The position numbers were made by a program, and so were the translations under genes. A stretch of DNA of 64,000 nucleotides from Halothiobacillus sp. (lineage in GTDB: Bacteria; Pseudomonadota; Gammaproteobacteria; Halothiobacillales; Halothiobacillaceae): assembly GCA_011389965.1 (NCBI GenBank), contig JAABTF010000004.1, positions 9,739 to 73,738 of the forward strand, in the 5' to 3' direction. This document shows, piece after piece, positions 33,227-43,757 of the stretch; position 1 is the stretch's first letter; every line of letters starts with the position of its first letter. The notes below the pieces were generated by a model. That model searched no databases. It saw nothing but the letters and a program-made list of their open reading frames with translations, and was not told the origin of the DNA.

Positions 33227-36200
33227 CGGATCGGCACGACGGCATTCTCGAGCGCTTCGCTCGCCACCGGGTCGCCTCTCACCTGGTGATGTTGATCATG
33301 ATCCTGGGTGGCCTGTTCGCCATCTCGCGGATGAACATCCAGTTCTTCCCCAACTTTGCCGTGGACGTGGTCTCGGTCTCGGTGGTCTGGACGGGTGCCT
33401 CCGCGGAGGACATCGAGCGCGGCATCACCGATCCACTGGAGGAACGCCTGCGCGCGGTGCCCGACGTCAAGAAGATGACCTCCACCTCGGCCCAGGGGGT
33501 CTCGCGGATCACGCTGGAATTCATCCAGGGCAGCGACCCGGTGCTGGCCCTGGCCGACGTGCGTGAGCAGGTGGATACCTTTCGCAACTTCCCGGCCAAT
33601 GCCGAAACCCCGCGTATCAGCCGTGCGCCTAAGTTCGATCCCGTCGCGCGGCTACTGGTATACGGCGATGTCGACCGGGACGCCCTGCGTCACTGGGTGG
33701 ACCGCTTCGAACGCGAGCTGATCGACCGCGGCATCGACCGGGTGGAGGTCAACGGTGTGCCCGAACAGCGGGTCGCAGTGCAGGTCCCATCGCACTCCCT
33801 CGTCTCGCTGGGCCAGTCCCTGCCCGAGATATCCCAGCGCATTGACGCCCTCTCACGCGACGTCCCGGCCGGCGAGTTCGGCAGTGCCGACGGCGGCCGG
33901 GAGTTGCGGGCAGTTGAGCAGCGCCGCGATCCGGGCGCGTTCGCCGACCTGTCGGTGATCAGCGGGCCGCAGACACGCATCACCCTGGCCGAGATCGCCG
34001 AAATCGTCCAGGAACCCCGACGGGATTCCCTGCTGTTGCGCCATCAGGGGCAGCCGGCCGCCGAACTGATCCTGCAACGGGCCCAACACGGCGACAGCCT
34101 GGAATCCGCCCGCGCCCTGCAAAGCTGGGCCGACGAGACCCGTGCGCAGATGCCAGCGGGCCTCCATCTCACAGTCTACGACCAGTCGTGGCAACTGATC
34201 CGCGATCGCATCAACCTGCTGGTCACCAACGGCTTCGGTGGTCTGGTCCTGGTATTGATCCTGCTCTACCTGTTCCTGCCCGCTCGGGTGGCCTTCTGGG
34301 TGGCGGTGGGCATTCCCTCGGCCTTCCTCGCCGCGCTCGCCATCCTCTGGCTGATCGGCGGGAGCATCAACATGATTTCGCTATTCGCCCTGATCATGGC
34401 GTTGGGCGTGATCGTGGACGATGCCATTGTCGTCGGCGAGGATGCCGACGCCCACTTCCGTGGGGGCGAGGCGCCCCTGATGGCCTCGCAGGGGGCGGCC
34501 CGCCGCATGTTCTGGCCCGTAATGGCCTCATCCCTGACCACCGTCGCCGCGTTCATGCCGCTGCTGGTCGTCGGCGGCACCATTGGCCAGATCCTGCGCG
34601 ACATCCCGGTGGTGATGATCTGCGTGATCGTCGCATCGTTGGTGGAAAGCTTCCTGGTCCTCCCGGGACACCTGCGCGGCGCGTTCGGCAGCAAGGCGCG
34701 CAGTGGGCTGACCGCCGCCGGGAAACACAGCCGTGGGATGCTCGGGCGCCTGCGCGAGGGATTCGACCGTGGCTTCGATCATTTCCGACAGGAGCATTTC
34801 CGCCGCGCCGTGCGGTTTGCCATCGGCCATCGAGCCGTCACCCTGGCCACGGCGGCGGCCACCCTGATCCTTGCCGTCGGTCTGCTAGCCGGCGGCCGGC
34901 TGGGCTTTACCTTTTTCCCCACGCCGGAATCGCAGATCGTCTACGCCAACGCCACCTTCGTCGCCGGCACGGACCGCAAGCGCATGGAGGCCTTCATCAA
35001 CCAGCTCGAGGACAGCCTCAACCGCACCGAGGCCCAGTCCGACGAACGACTGGTGCAAACGGCCATCACCCGACTGGGGGGCACCATCGGGGGCACGAGC
35101 GGCACACAGGGCAACCAGTTGGGCTCGATGCTGATCGAGCTGGTCAGCCCCGACGAACGCGAAACCCGCAATGCCGAGTTCATCCAGGCCTGGAAAGACA
35201 ACACTCGACTACCCGCCGGCATGGAAAATCTCTCGATTACTTCCCGTCAGGGCGGGCCGCCTGGCGCCGATCTGACGGTGCGCCTCACGGGCAGCAGCAC
35301 CGATTCGCTCAAGAGCGCCGCCGTCGCGCTGACCGAGACACTCAAGGGCGTCCCCGGCGTGGTGGATGTCAGCGACGATCTGCCCTATGGCCGACAGCAG
35401 ATCACCTTTTCCGTCAACGCCCAGGGGCGGGCGCTGGGCTTGACCACCAGCGATGTGGGCAACCAGCTGCGCGCAGCCTACGATGGCGCCCTGAGCCAGA
35501 TCTATCAGTCCGGCCCGGACGAGGTGGAGGTGCGGGTGCTGCTTCCCCGCGAGGAACGCCGCCATATCGCCTCGCTGAGCGACATGACCATCCGCACCGC
35601 CGACGGCACCTTCGTCCCGCTCAACCAAGTGGTGGATCTCGGCTCGCAGCGCGGCTTCGAGGCCATCCGGCACGCTGAGGGGACGCGCGCCGTCGAGGTC
35701 TCCGCCCAGATCGACCGCAACGTCACCAACGCCGAGAACCTGATCGCCTCGCTCAAGCGAGACACCCTGCCGGAACTGACCGACCGCCACGGCCTGGATT
35801 ACAGCTTTGAGGGCCGTCAGGCCGACCAGCGCGACACCATGGCCGACATGAAATTCGGCCTCTACCTGGGCCTGGCGCTGATGTTCATCGTGCTGGTGTG
35901 GGTCTTCTCGGCGTGGACGATGCCCCTGATCGTGATGACCGTGATTCCGCTGGGGCTGGTCGGGGCGATCTTCGGCCACTGGTTCATGGGCATCGAGCTG
36001 ACCATCCTGTCGCTGTTCGGCCTGTTCGGCCTGTCGGGGATCGTGGTCAACAACGCGATCATCCTGGTGGCCTTCTACAACACGCAACGCCAAAACGGCC
36101 TGGACGTGGACGAGGCACTCGAACAGGCCGCCGTCCAGCGCCTGCGGGCAGTCATGCTGACCTCGCTGACCACTATCGGCGGGCTCACGCCGCTGCTGTT

Positions 36201-36372
36201 CGAGACCTCCCTCCAGGCACAGTTCTTGATCCCCATGGCCACCTCGATCGCCTTCGGCCTGGGTTACTCCACCCTGCTGGTGCTGTTCGTGATTCCCGCG
36301 ATGCTCTCGCTGCGAGAGTCCATCCGCGAACGCATCATGCCGGCTGGCCGCGGGGACTCACTGCCTGCCTGA
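33223..36372 (+). CDS. AcrB/AcrD/AcrF family RND permease
   Basis: 1049 aa; GVIVDDAIVVGE, SSLTTVAAFMP, GIVVNNAI and RLRAVMLTSLTT. Confidence 0.93.
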   Translation: MTDRHDGILERFARHRVASHLVMLIMILGGLFAISRMNIQFFPNFAVDVVSVSVVWTGASAEDIERGITDPLEERLRAVPDVKKMTSTSAQGVSRITLEFIQGSDPVLALADVREQVDTFRNFPANAETPRISRAPKFDPVARLLVYGDVDRDALRHWVDRFERELIDRGIDRVEVNGVPEQRVAVQVPSHSLVSLGQSLPEISQRIDALSRDVPAGEFGSADGGRELRAVEQRRDPGAFADLSVISGPQTRITLAEIAEIVQEPRRDSLLLRHQGQPAAELILQRAQHGDSLESARALQSWADETRAQMPAGLHLTVYDQSWQLIRDRINLLVTNGFGGLVLVLILLYLFLPARVAFWVAVGIPSAFLAALAILWLIGGSINMISLFALIMALGVIVDDAIVVGEDADAHFRGGEAPLMASQGAARRMFWPVMASSLTTVAAFMPLLVVGGTIGQILRDIPVVMICVIVASLVESFLVLPGHLRGAFGSKARSGLTAAGKHSRGMLGRLREGFDRGFDHFRQEHFRRAVRFAIGHRAVTLATAAATLILAVGLLAGGRLGFTFFPTPESQIVYANATFVAGTDRKRMEAFINQLEDSLNRTEAQSDERLVQTAITRLGGTIGGTSGTQGNQLGSMLIELVSPDERETRNAEFIQAWKDNTRLPAGMENLSITSRQGGPPGADLTVRLTGSSTDSLKSAAVALTETLKGVPGVVDVSDDLPYGRQQITFSVNAQGRALGLTTSDVGNQLRAAYDGALSQIYQSGPDEVEVRVLLPREERRHIASLSDMTIRTADGTFVPLNQVVDLGSQRGFEAIRHAEGTRAVEVSAQIDRNVTNAENLIASLKRDTLPELTDRHGLDYSFEGRQADQRDTMADMKFGLYLGLALMFIVLVWVFSAWTMPLIVMTVIPLGLVGAIFGHWFMGIELTILSLFGLFGLSGIVVNNAIILVAFYNTQRQNGLDVDEALEQAAVQRLRAVMLTSLTTIGGLTPLLFETSLQAQFLIPMATSIAFGLGYSTLLVLFVIPAMLSLRESIRERIMPAGRGDSLPA

Positions 36373-36487
36373 GGCGCTGACAAGCGCGCTGACCCGTAAT
36401 GCCGCCAAAGGGCATCGTGACTGGCGGGATGAGTTAGGGCACCCGTGATTGCTCGCCCCCGGCGCATCGCGAGCGCGCCTCGCGGGT

Positions 36488-37198
36488 CTAAAAAGGGCTG
36501 AGCAGGCGACTGACCGGCAGGCGACCCCTTGGACCCACCCGATCCTGGCAGAGCGCCGAGAACAGTTCGGCGGTTCCCAGCGCATCGATCAATGCATGGT
36601 GGGCGTGGTAGCGCGGCAGGTGATACCGCAGCCGCAGGCTGTCGAGGCGCAATTCTCCGGGCCCGTGCGGCAGGTGGCGTCGCTCGAAGCCGCGCCGCGC
36701 CAGTTGCAAGGTATCGATCACGGGCACTGCCAGGCCGGTGCCGTAGAGGCGTTGACAGGCCGCCTGCAGGAAGGCGATTTCGAAGCGGGCATTGTGCGCC
36801 ACCAGGATGCGCCCTTTCAGCGCCTCGAGCACGGTCTCCAGGGCGCGCAGCTCGGGAATGCCCTCGGCGGCCCGATCGTCGGTGATGCAGTGGATCACGG
36901 CACTGCGTTCGGGAATGCCCATGGCGGGGTTGATGATGCGATGGTGGGCCGATCCCAGCGGAATAGTGGCACCCTGCATGACCACCCAGCCCACGCTGAG
37001 CAGCCGGTCCTTGCGACTGTCGAGGCCGGTGGTCTCGAAATCGAGCACCAGGTACTCGGCCTGGTCCCAGTTCGCATCCAAATCCGGCAGAGGGCTCGCC
37101 AGAAAATCGGCCAGCGCCGTGCCCTCCTCGGCCGCGGTCCGCCGCCGGGAACGGCGCCATTGAAGCCACCAGCGGTGCAGGAGTGTGGGCAGGTGCAT
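36488..37198 (-). CDS. DEDDh 3'-5' exonuclease (DnaQ/epsilon-like), DUF294-associated
   Basis: LDFETTGLD, VAHNARFE and H.A.IDA. Confidence 0.88.
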   Translation of the reverse strand: MHLPTLLHRWWLQWRRSRRRTAAEEGTALADFLASPLPDLDANWDQAEYLVLDFETTGLDSRKDRLLSVGWVVMQGATIPLGSAHHRIINPAMGIPERSAVIHCITDDRAAEGIPELRALETVLEALKGRILVAHNARFEIAFLQAACQRLYGTGLAVPVIDTLQLARRGFERRHLPHGPGELRLDSLRLRYHLPRYHAHHALIDALGTAELFSALCQDRVGPRGRLPVSRLLSPF

Positions 37199-37209
37199 CC
37201 CGGCCCTCC

Positions 37210-39069
37210 TCAGCTTGTGCCGCTGACGTCGAAGTGCCGACCCAGCCAGCGCTGATGATCGTCGACCACGCGAAAGGCATCGCGCAGGTGATCGCGTTCC
37301 AGTCCCGACAGCGCATCCGGATCGAGTAGGTTGTCCAGCGGCTCCCCGCGGCGGACCTGTCCGGCCTGGTGGCGGGCGCGCAAGACGTAGAAGAAACGCC
37401 AGGCGTCGACCAGTTCATCCGCCGCCTCGGTGGACAGCGCGCCGGCGCGGGCCGCCGCCTGGAGCCGGGAGACCGTGTGCAGATCGGCCAGCCCGCGGCG
37501 CACTGCGTGCAGGCGGGCAATGTCGACGATCGGCATCAGGCCATAACGCTTGAGGTCGAGACGATCGTCGTGGCGATCGTCGTCGACCACCACCAGCCGC
37601 CGGAAGAACCCCAGCGGCATGCGCACCGCGAGCGCGTTATTGGCCAGACCGCGCAGGAAGATGCTGTTGTCGACCGCCCATGGCCGCACGTCGTCCCAAA
37701 GCGTCTCGAGCAAGGTCGGCTCGCCGGCGACCGGACGCATGTCGAAAAAGTTGGTCGCCAGCATCAGCGAGTGTGGCTCGGGATGTTCGATCCAGTCCCG
37801 GAACAACCCCCGCCACCCCGCCAGGGGCTGGCGCCACGCAGGGGTGACCGCCATTGTCTCGCCGGGGCAATAGTCCAGGCCCGCCGCGGCCAGCCCGTCG
37901 GCGACGTAACTCGCCAGGCGGGCAAACCAATCGCCATGCGCAGCTGGCTCGAACCGGTCGTCCAGGATCAGGGCATGATCCTGATCGGTATGCGCCGTCT
38001 GCTCACATCGCCCCTGGCTGCCCAGCGTCGCCCAGACCCAGGGCACCGGCGCCGGGCCCAGTTCGTCCTGCGCCAACTCCAGCAACCGGCGGGTAAGCGC
38101 ATCGGTAACCGTGACCATCGCCTCGCCCAGCGGCTCGGACTCGCCGCCCATCGCCACCAGCTGGGCCTGCAGGTCGGGGAGGCGCGCACCGACGCGGGCA
38201 ACCGCCTGCCGGTCGGGGGCGGCGAGCGCATCACGCACCAGGTGAATGGCGTGCGTGCCCTGGTGGCGCAACAGGTCGGAAGTAGACAGGATGCCGACCA
38301 GCGCGCCGTCCGTGGCGACGACGGGCAGGTGATGGACGTTGTGCCGAGAGAATAGCAGGGATGCCTCGAACGCCAGGGCCTCGGGCGCGACGGTGATCAG
38401 ATCGCGACTCATGATCCGCTGCACGGGTTCGTCCACCGAGCGGTCACTGACGACGCAGCGCCGGCGCAGGTCACGGTCGGTGATCAACCCCACCAGTCGC
38501 TCCCCCTCGACGATCAACAGGGCGGAGACCTGGGCCTCGGTCATGCGCTCGGCCGCCTGGCGGATGGACCAGTCGGGCGGCGCGGTGACTGGCGCGCGAC
38601 GCAGCAGGGCGTCCACGGTGGCCGCCATCAGGGCCTCGCTGGCGTCGTGCTGCCCGGCAAGCCGCTGCAGGGCCTGCTGCAGGCGCTCGCTGCGCGTACG
38701 CTCGAAACGCCAGGCAAATGCCGGGTACTCCTCGAGCAGTTGCGCGAAGACGGGTTGCGGCAAGTGATAGAGCAGGCTGTCTTCGATCACGTCGACCTGC
38801 TCGGCCGGCGGGGCCTGCTCGTCGTCGAGAAAGGGATCCGACTCGCCGAGTTTGTCGACCAGGTTGCCCTCGGTATCGCGCACGGCGATGGCCCCGCTGC
38901 GGACCAGCCACAGCCCTGGGCTGGCATCGGGCGGCGGGAACGGCCGGCCGCGACGCAGGTACCGCACGGTCATTTCAGTTGGCAGCCCGTCGAGGGCCTC
39001 GGCCGGCAGGCTCTCCATCGCCGGCACGCCGGCGATGAAATCCCGTATTTCCCAGAGTTCCGCGGCCAT
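37210..39069 (-). CDS. cNMP-binding/CBS/DUF294 putative nucleotidyltransferase
   Basis: N-terminal cNMP-like region, a CBS pair (GLITDRDLR; HHLPVV), NTase motif GSQGRCEQTAHTDQD, and FFDMR/LDLK..G substrate-binding domain. Confidence 0.9.
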   Translation of the reverse strand: MAAELWEIRDFIAGVPAMESLPAEALDGLPTEMTVRYLRRGRPFPPPDASPGLWLVRSGAIAVRDTEGNLVDKLGESDPFLDDEQAPPAEQVDVIEDSLLYHLPQPVFAQLLEEYPAFAWRFERTRSERLQQALQRLAGQHDASEALMAATVDALLRRAPVTAPPDWSIRQAAERMTEAQVSALLIVEGERLVGLITDRDLRRRCVVSDRSVDEPVQRIMSRDLITVAPEALAFEASLLFSRHNVHHLPVVATDGALVGILSTSDLLRHQGTHAIHLVRDALAAPDRQAVARVGARLPDLQAQLVAMGGESEPLGEAMVTVTDALTRRLLELAQDELGPAPVPWVWATLGSQGRCEQTAHTDQDHALILDDRFEPAAHGDWFARLASYVADGLAAAGLDYCPGETMAVTPAWRQPLAGWRGLFRDWIEHPEPHSLMLATNFFDMRPVAGEPTLLETLWDDVRPWAVDNSIFLRGLANNALAVRMPLGFFRRLVVVDDDRHDDRLDLKRYGLMPIVDIARLHAVRRGLADLHTVSRLQAAARAGALSTEAADELVDAWRFFYVLRARHQAGQVRRGEPLDNLLDPDALSGLERDHLRDAFRVVDDHQRWLGRHFDVSGTS

Positions 39070-39108
39070 GGTGAGGGCTCCTTGCCTGAGGCGACGATTT
39101 GGCGGTCG

Positions 39109-40116
39109 TCAGCAGTCGTAGTACCAGCGATACCAGTCGACGAATCGTGCCACGCCCTCTTCCACGGGGGTCTGCGGCGCGTAACCGACATCGGCCTGGA
39201 GGTCCTCGACGTCGGCATAGGTGTCGGGCACGTCGCCCGGCTGCATCGGCAGCAGGTTGAGCTCCGCCTTGCGACCGGTGGCCTGCTCGATCAACTCGAT
39301 GTAGCGCAGCAACTCGATCGGGCGATGGCTACCGATATTGTAGACGCGCCAGGGCGCCCGCGAGGTGCCCGGATCGGGCGCGGCGCTGTCCCAGTCGGGG
39401 TTGACCGTCGCGGTGTGATCCAGGGTGCGGATGACGCCTTCGACGATATCGTCGACGTAGGTGAAGTCGCGGCGGTGGTGGCCGTAGTTGTAGACGTCGA
39501 TCGGCTCACCCTTGAGGATGTTGCGGGTGAACTTGAACAGCGCCATGTCCGGCCGCCCCCACGGCCCGTAGACCGTGAAGAACCGCAGCCCCGTGGTCGG
39601 CAGGTCGTAGAGCGAGGCGTAGGTATGCGCCATCAGCTCGTTGGCCTTCTTGGTCGCCGCATAGAGGGACAAGGGGTGGTCGACGTTGTGATGCACGGAG
39701 AACGGCATCTCGCTGTTGGCCCCGTAGACCGAGCTCGACGAAGCGTAGACCAGGTGGCCGACGTCGTTGTGCCGGCAGCCCTCCAGGATATTGGTAAAGC
39801 CCACCAGGTTGCTGTCGACGTAGGCGTGCGGGTTCTCGATCGAGTAACGCACGCCCGCCTGGGCGGCCAGGTGCACCACCCGGTCGGCGCCGATGCGGGT
39901 GAACAGTCCCGCCATGCCCTCGCGGTCGGCCACGTCGAGTTGCTCGAAGGAAAAGCCGGGCCGGTCGAGCAGACCCGCCAGGCGCGCCTTCTTGAGGTTC
40001 ACGTCGTAATAGTCGTTGAGATCGTCGAGCCCCACCACCGTGTCACCACGGTCAAGCAGGCGCGCGGCCAGGGCCGAGCCGATGAAACCGGCCGCGCCGG
40101 TAACCAGAATCCGCAT
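39109..40116 (-). CDS. NAD-dependent epimerase (UDP-glucuronate 4-epimerase type)
   Basis: [38 protein letters not shown] and [15 protein letters not shown]. Confidence 0.92.
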   Translation of the reverse strand: MRILVTGAAGFIGSALAARLLDRGDTVVGLDDLNDYYDVNLKKARLAGLLDRPGFSFEQLDVADREGMAGLFTRIGADRVVHLAAQAGVRYSIENPHAYVDSNLVGFTNILEGCRHNDVGHLVYASSSSVYGANSEMPFSVHHNVDHPLSLYAATKKANELMAHTYASLYDLPTTGLRFFTVYGPWGRPDMALFKFTRNILKGEPIDVYNYGHHRRDFTYVDDIVEGVIRTLDHTATVNPDWDSAAPDPGTSRAPWRVYNIGSHRPIELLRYIELIEQATGRKAELNLLPMQPGDVPDTYADVEDLQADVGYAPQTPVEEGVARFVDWYRWYYDC

Positions 40117-40372
40117 GTTTTCTCCAGGTGTCTTGTGGGGTGCCCGCCGGCGAGGCCCGATCCGGTGGACGGTCGGCAGCGGCACGCCTGAACACCTCGA
40201 TTATGCCTGCCGGCGCCTCGGCGACCAACCGTCCATGCCCGCCTGTCGGCGTCGACCACCAGCGCTGGAAACCAAAAAGTTTTTTTCGCTGCCTGCGGAT
40301 TTATTCATGAGCCGTGCCGCACCCTCCCCGCGAGCGCGGCCGGCTGCGTGATCTCGGCGAATGCCCACCGGT

Positions 40373-40381
40373 TTATCCACA
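40373..40381 (+). promoter_or_regulatory. DnaA box upstream of nrdAB
   Basis: Perfect TTATCCACA. DnaA control of nrdAB is established in E. coli. Confidence 0.6.
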
Positions 40382-40432
40382 GACTATCAACCTGCCGCCC
40401 ACCGGTTGCTCCGAGGGCACCCACAGGGCCGT

Positions 40433-40480
40433 CCACATCATGTTGTGGTGTTGACGCCAGCATTACACACCTGATTGGGT
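40433..40480 (+). promoter_or_regulatory. NrdR box(es) flanking a TTGACG -35 element
   Basis: CCACATCATGTTGTGG (40433-40448) fits acaCwAtATaTwGtgt. A weaker second box lies 32 nt downstream (40465-40480); TTGACG is at 40451. Confidence 0.6.
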
Positions 40481-40793
40481 TTTTTGGCGAATTATGCGGT
40501 TGACTTTGATGCGGCAGGGACCACAATTACCACTCGTCACGCATCGCGTGTCCTCGCGCCTCACTACCTGGCGCGCCGGCAGGGGATGCCCCGGGGACGG
40601 CCTTCCATGGACCCTCGTCATAGACCCTGGCGGCAGGCGCCTTGCGGGCGACGAACAAGACGGGCCGGCCCCGCGCCGGCTCGGCACATCCCGTGTCACC
40701 ACGGGACGTGCAGGACAACCAGACACAGGGACGCGGCGCCGGCTCGACCGGACATCCGCTTTAGGCAAACACGACACAGGACGGAACAGCGGC

Positions 40794-43667
40794 ATGAGCA
40801 CCAGCCAGACCACCGAAGCGACGACCAGCGCATATCACGAGAACAAGACCCCCGCGGCAGGCACCATCGACACGGCCGCCGCGACGCCCGGACAGGTCCG
40901 GGTCATTCGCCGTAACGGCAAACTGACCACCTACGATCCCTCCAAGATCAAGGTCGCCATGACCAAGGCCTTCCTCGCGGTCGAGGGCGGTGGTGCCGCG
41001 GCCTCCGCGCGTGTACACGAATCGGTCGAATCGCTGGTCTCGCTGATCGACCAGGCCCTTCAGCGTCGCCTGCCCGGCGGCGGCACCGTCCACATCGAGG
41101 ACATCCAGGACCAAGTCGAGCTGGCGCTGATGCGCGAAGGCCACCACAAGGTCGCCCGTGCCTACGTCCTCTACCGCGAGCAGCAGGCACAAAAGCGCGC
41201 CGCCGAAACAGCCGACGAGCAGGAAGAGGCGCCGCAGGCCGCTATCAACGTCACCCATTTCGACGGCACACGCGCCCCACTGGACACCATCCGCCTCAAG
41301 CGGCTGGTCGACGAGGCCTGCAGCGAGCTCAAGAGCGTCGACAGCCAGCGCATCTACGACGAGACTGTCCGCAACCTCTACGACGGCGTGGCCGACCACG
41401 AGGTGGGCACCGCGCTGGTGATGAGCGCGCGCACCCTGATCGAGATCGATCCGGCCTACTCCCAGGTCGCCGCCCGGCTGCTGCTCGACTCCATGCGCAC
41501 CGAGGCGCTGCGCTTCGTGCACAACCCGGTCACCGCCTGCACCCAGTCCGAGATGGCGACAATCTACCCGGACTACTTCAAGGAATACATCAAGACGGGC
41601 GTGGAGCACGAGCTGCTCGACCCGACCCTGCAGCAATACGACCTCGACCGCCTGGGCCAGGCCATCGATCACGAGCGGGACCTGCAGTTCACCTATCTGG
41701 GCCTGCAGACCCTCTACGACCGTTACTTCCTGCACCAGGACGAGGTCCGCTTCGAGCTGCCGCAGGCATTCTTCATGCGCGTGGCCATGGGCCTGGCCAT
41801 CAACGAGGTCGACCGCGAGGAACACGCGATCGAGTTCTACCGCCTGCTGTCCTCCTTCGACTTCATGAGCAGCACCCCGACGCTGTTCAACTCCGGCACC
41901 CTGCGCCCGCAGCTGTCCAGCTGTTATCTCACCACCGTGCCGGACCACCTCGACGGCATCTACGGCTCGATCCGCGACAACGCCCTGCTCTCCAAGTTCG
42001 CCGGCGGGCTGGGCAATGACTGGACCCGCGTTCGCGCGCTGGGCAGCCACATCAAGGGCACCAACGGCAAGTCCCAGGGCGTGGTGCCGTTCCTCAAGGT
42101 GGCCAACGACACCGCCGTGGCGGTCAACCAGGGCGGCAAGCGCAAGGGCGCGGTCTGTGCCTACCTGGAGACCTGGCACATGGACATCGAGGAATTCCTC
42201 GACCTGCGCAAGAACACCGGTGACGACCGCCGCCGCACCCACGACATGAACACCGCCAACTGGGTTCCGGACCTGTTCATGAAGCGCGTCGCCGAGGAAG
42301 CCGAGTGGACGCTGTTCTCACCGGCGGAGACCCCGGACCTGCACGACCTGTCCGGCACCGCCTTCGAGAAGGCCTACGAGGAATACGAGGCCAAGGCCGA
42401 TCGCGGCGAGATCAAGAACTTCCGCAAGATCCCGGCGGTCAACCTGTGGCGCCGCATGCTCTCGATGCTGTTCGAGACCGGCCACCCGTGGATAACCTTC
42501 AAGGACCCGTGCAACCTGCGCTACACCAACCAGCACGCCGGCGTGGTCCATAGCTCGAACCTCTGCACCGAGATCACCCTGCACACCAACGACTCCGAGA
42601 TCGCCGTGTGCAACCTCGGCTCGGTCAACCTCGCGCAGCACACCACCGAGGAAGGCATCGACCAGGACAAGTTGGCCAAGACCGTCAAGACGGCCATGCG
42701 CATGCTCGACAACGTCATCGAGTACAACTACTACTCGGTGCCGCAGGCGCGCAATTCCAACCTTCGTCATCGCCCGGTGGGCCTGGGGATCATGGGTTTC
42801 CAGGATGCGCTCTACAAGCAGCGCCTGGCGTACGGCTCGGACGAGGCCGTGGCCTTCGCCGACCAATCCATGGAGATGGTCAGCTACCACACCATCAATG
42901 CCTCCAGTGACCTCGCCGCCGAGCGCGGGCGCTACCAGAGCTACGACGGTTCACTGTGGAGCCGGGGCATCCTGCCGATCGACTCGATCGAACTGCTGGC
43001 CGAATCGCGCGGCGAGTACTTGGAGATGAACCGCGACCAGAGCCTGGACTGGGACTCCCTGCGCAAGAAGATCAAGAAGCAGGGCATGCGCAATTCCAAC
43101 ACGATGGCGATCGCGCCGACAGCGACCATCTCGAACATCTGCGGCGTGTCGCAGTCGATCGAGCCGACCTTCGAGAACCTGTTCGTCAAGTCGAACCTCT
43201 CGGGCGAATTCACCGTGGTCAACCCCTACCTGGTGCGCGATCTCAAGGACCTGGGTCTGTGGGACGAGGTGATGGTCAACGATCTCAAGTACTTCGACGG
43301 CTCCGTGCAGGCGATCGACCGCGTGCCCGACGAGATCAAGGCGCTGTACGCCACCGCCTTCGAGATCGACCCGCGCTGGCTAATCGAGGCCGGCTCGCGC
43401 CGCCAGAAGTGGATCGACCAGGCCCAGTCCCTGAACCTGTACATGGCCGAGCCCTCGGGCCCCAAGATCGACAACATGTACAAGCTCGCCTGGGTCCGCG
43501 GCCTCAAGACCACCTACTACCTGCGCGCCGCCTCCAAGACCCGGGTGGAGAAGACCACCATGAACAAGCTCGACGGCAAGCTGCGCGGCGTGTCCGCCGA
43601 CCCGGCCGCCGCGGCCGGCCCGCAGGCCTGCTCCATCGACGATCCGGAATGCGAGGCCTGCCAGTAA
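40794..43667 (+). CDS. nrdA: ribonucleoside-diphosphate reductase alpha subunit with two ATP-cone-like domains
   Basis: VIRRNG cone, TPTLFNSG, LSSCY, SSNLCTEI, APTATIS, KTTYYLR and C-terminal CEACQ. Confidence 0.96.
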   Translation: MSTSQTTEATTSAYHENKTPAAGTIDTAAATPGQVRVIRRNGKLTTYDPSKIKVAMTKAFLAVEGGGAAASARVHESVESLVSLIDQALQRRLPGGGTVHIEDIQDQVELALMREGHHKVARAYVLYREQQAQKRAAETADEQEEAPQAAINVTHFDGTRAPLDTIRLKRLVDEACSELKSVDSQRIYDETVRNLYDGVADHEVGTALVMSARTLIEIDPAYSQVAARLLLDSMRTEALRFVHNPVTACTQSEMATIYPDYFKEYIKTGVEHELLDPTLQQYDLDRLGQAIDHERDLQFTYLGLQTLYDRYFLHQDEVRFELPQAFFMRVAMGLAINEVDREEHAIEFYRLLSSFDFMSSTPTLFNSGTLRPQLSSCYLTTVPDHLDGIYGSIRDNALLSKFAGGLGNDWTRVRALGSHIKGTNGKSQGVVPFLKVANDTAVAVNQGGKRKGAVCAYLETWHMDIEEFLDLRKNTGDDRRRTHDMNTANWVPDLFMKRVAEEAEWTLFSPAETPDLHDLSGTAFEKAYEEYEAKADRGEIKNFRKIPAVNLWRRMLSMLFETGHPWITFKDPCNLRYTNQHAGVVHSSNLCTEITLHTNDSEIAVCNLGSVNLAQHTTEEGIDQDKLAKTVKTAMRMLDNVIEYNYYSVPQARNSNLRHRPVGLGIMGFQDALYKQRLAYGSDEAVAFADQSMEMVSYHTINASSDLAAERGRYQSYDGSLWSRGILPIDSIELLAESRGEYLEMNRDQSLDWDSLRKKIKKQGMRNSNTMAIAPTATISNICGVSQSIEPTFENLFVKSNLSGEFTVVNPYLVRDLKDLGLWDEVMVNDLKYFDGSVQAIDRVPDEIKALYATAFEIDPRWLIEAGSRRQKWIDQAQSLNLYMAEPSGPKIDNMYKLAWVRGLKTTYYLRAASKTRVEKTTMNKLDGKLRGVSADPAAAAGPQACSIDDPECEACQ

Positions 43668-43757
43668 GGCACGCCGACCTACACCACTCGAATATCGCCG
43701 GGCAGCCGCCCCGCCCGGCCCGGTAAAATCACCGGATAAAGGAAGAAGGAGAGAAAA

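Noticed and set aside
34188-35678. 496-aa same-strand alternate-frame ORF inside the RND gene
   Set aside because: Arg/Pro/Gly-rich off-frame translation typical of high-GC DNA.
40480-40793. Cobalamin riboswitch upstream of nrdA
   Set aside because: No B12-box or GCCCCCGCAACTGT-type core motifs seen.
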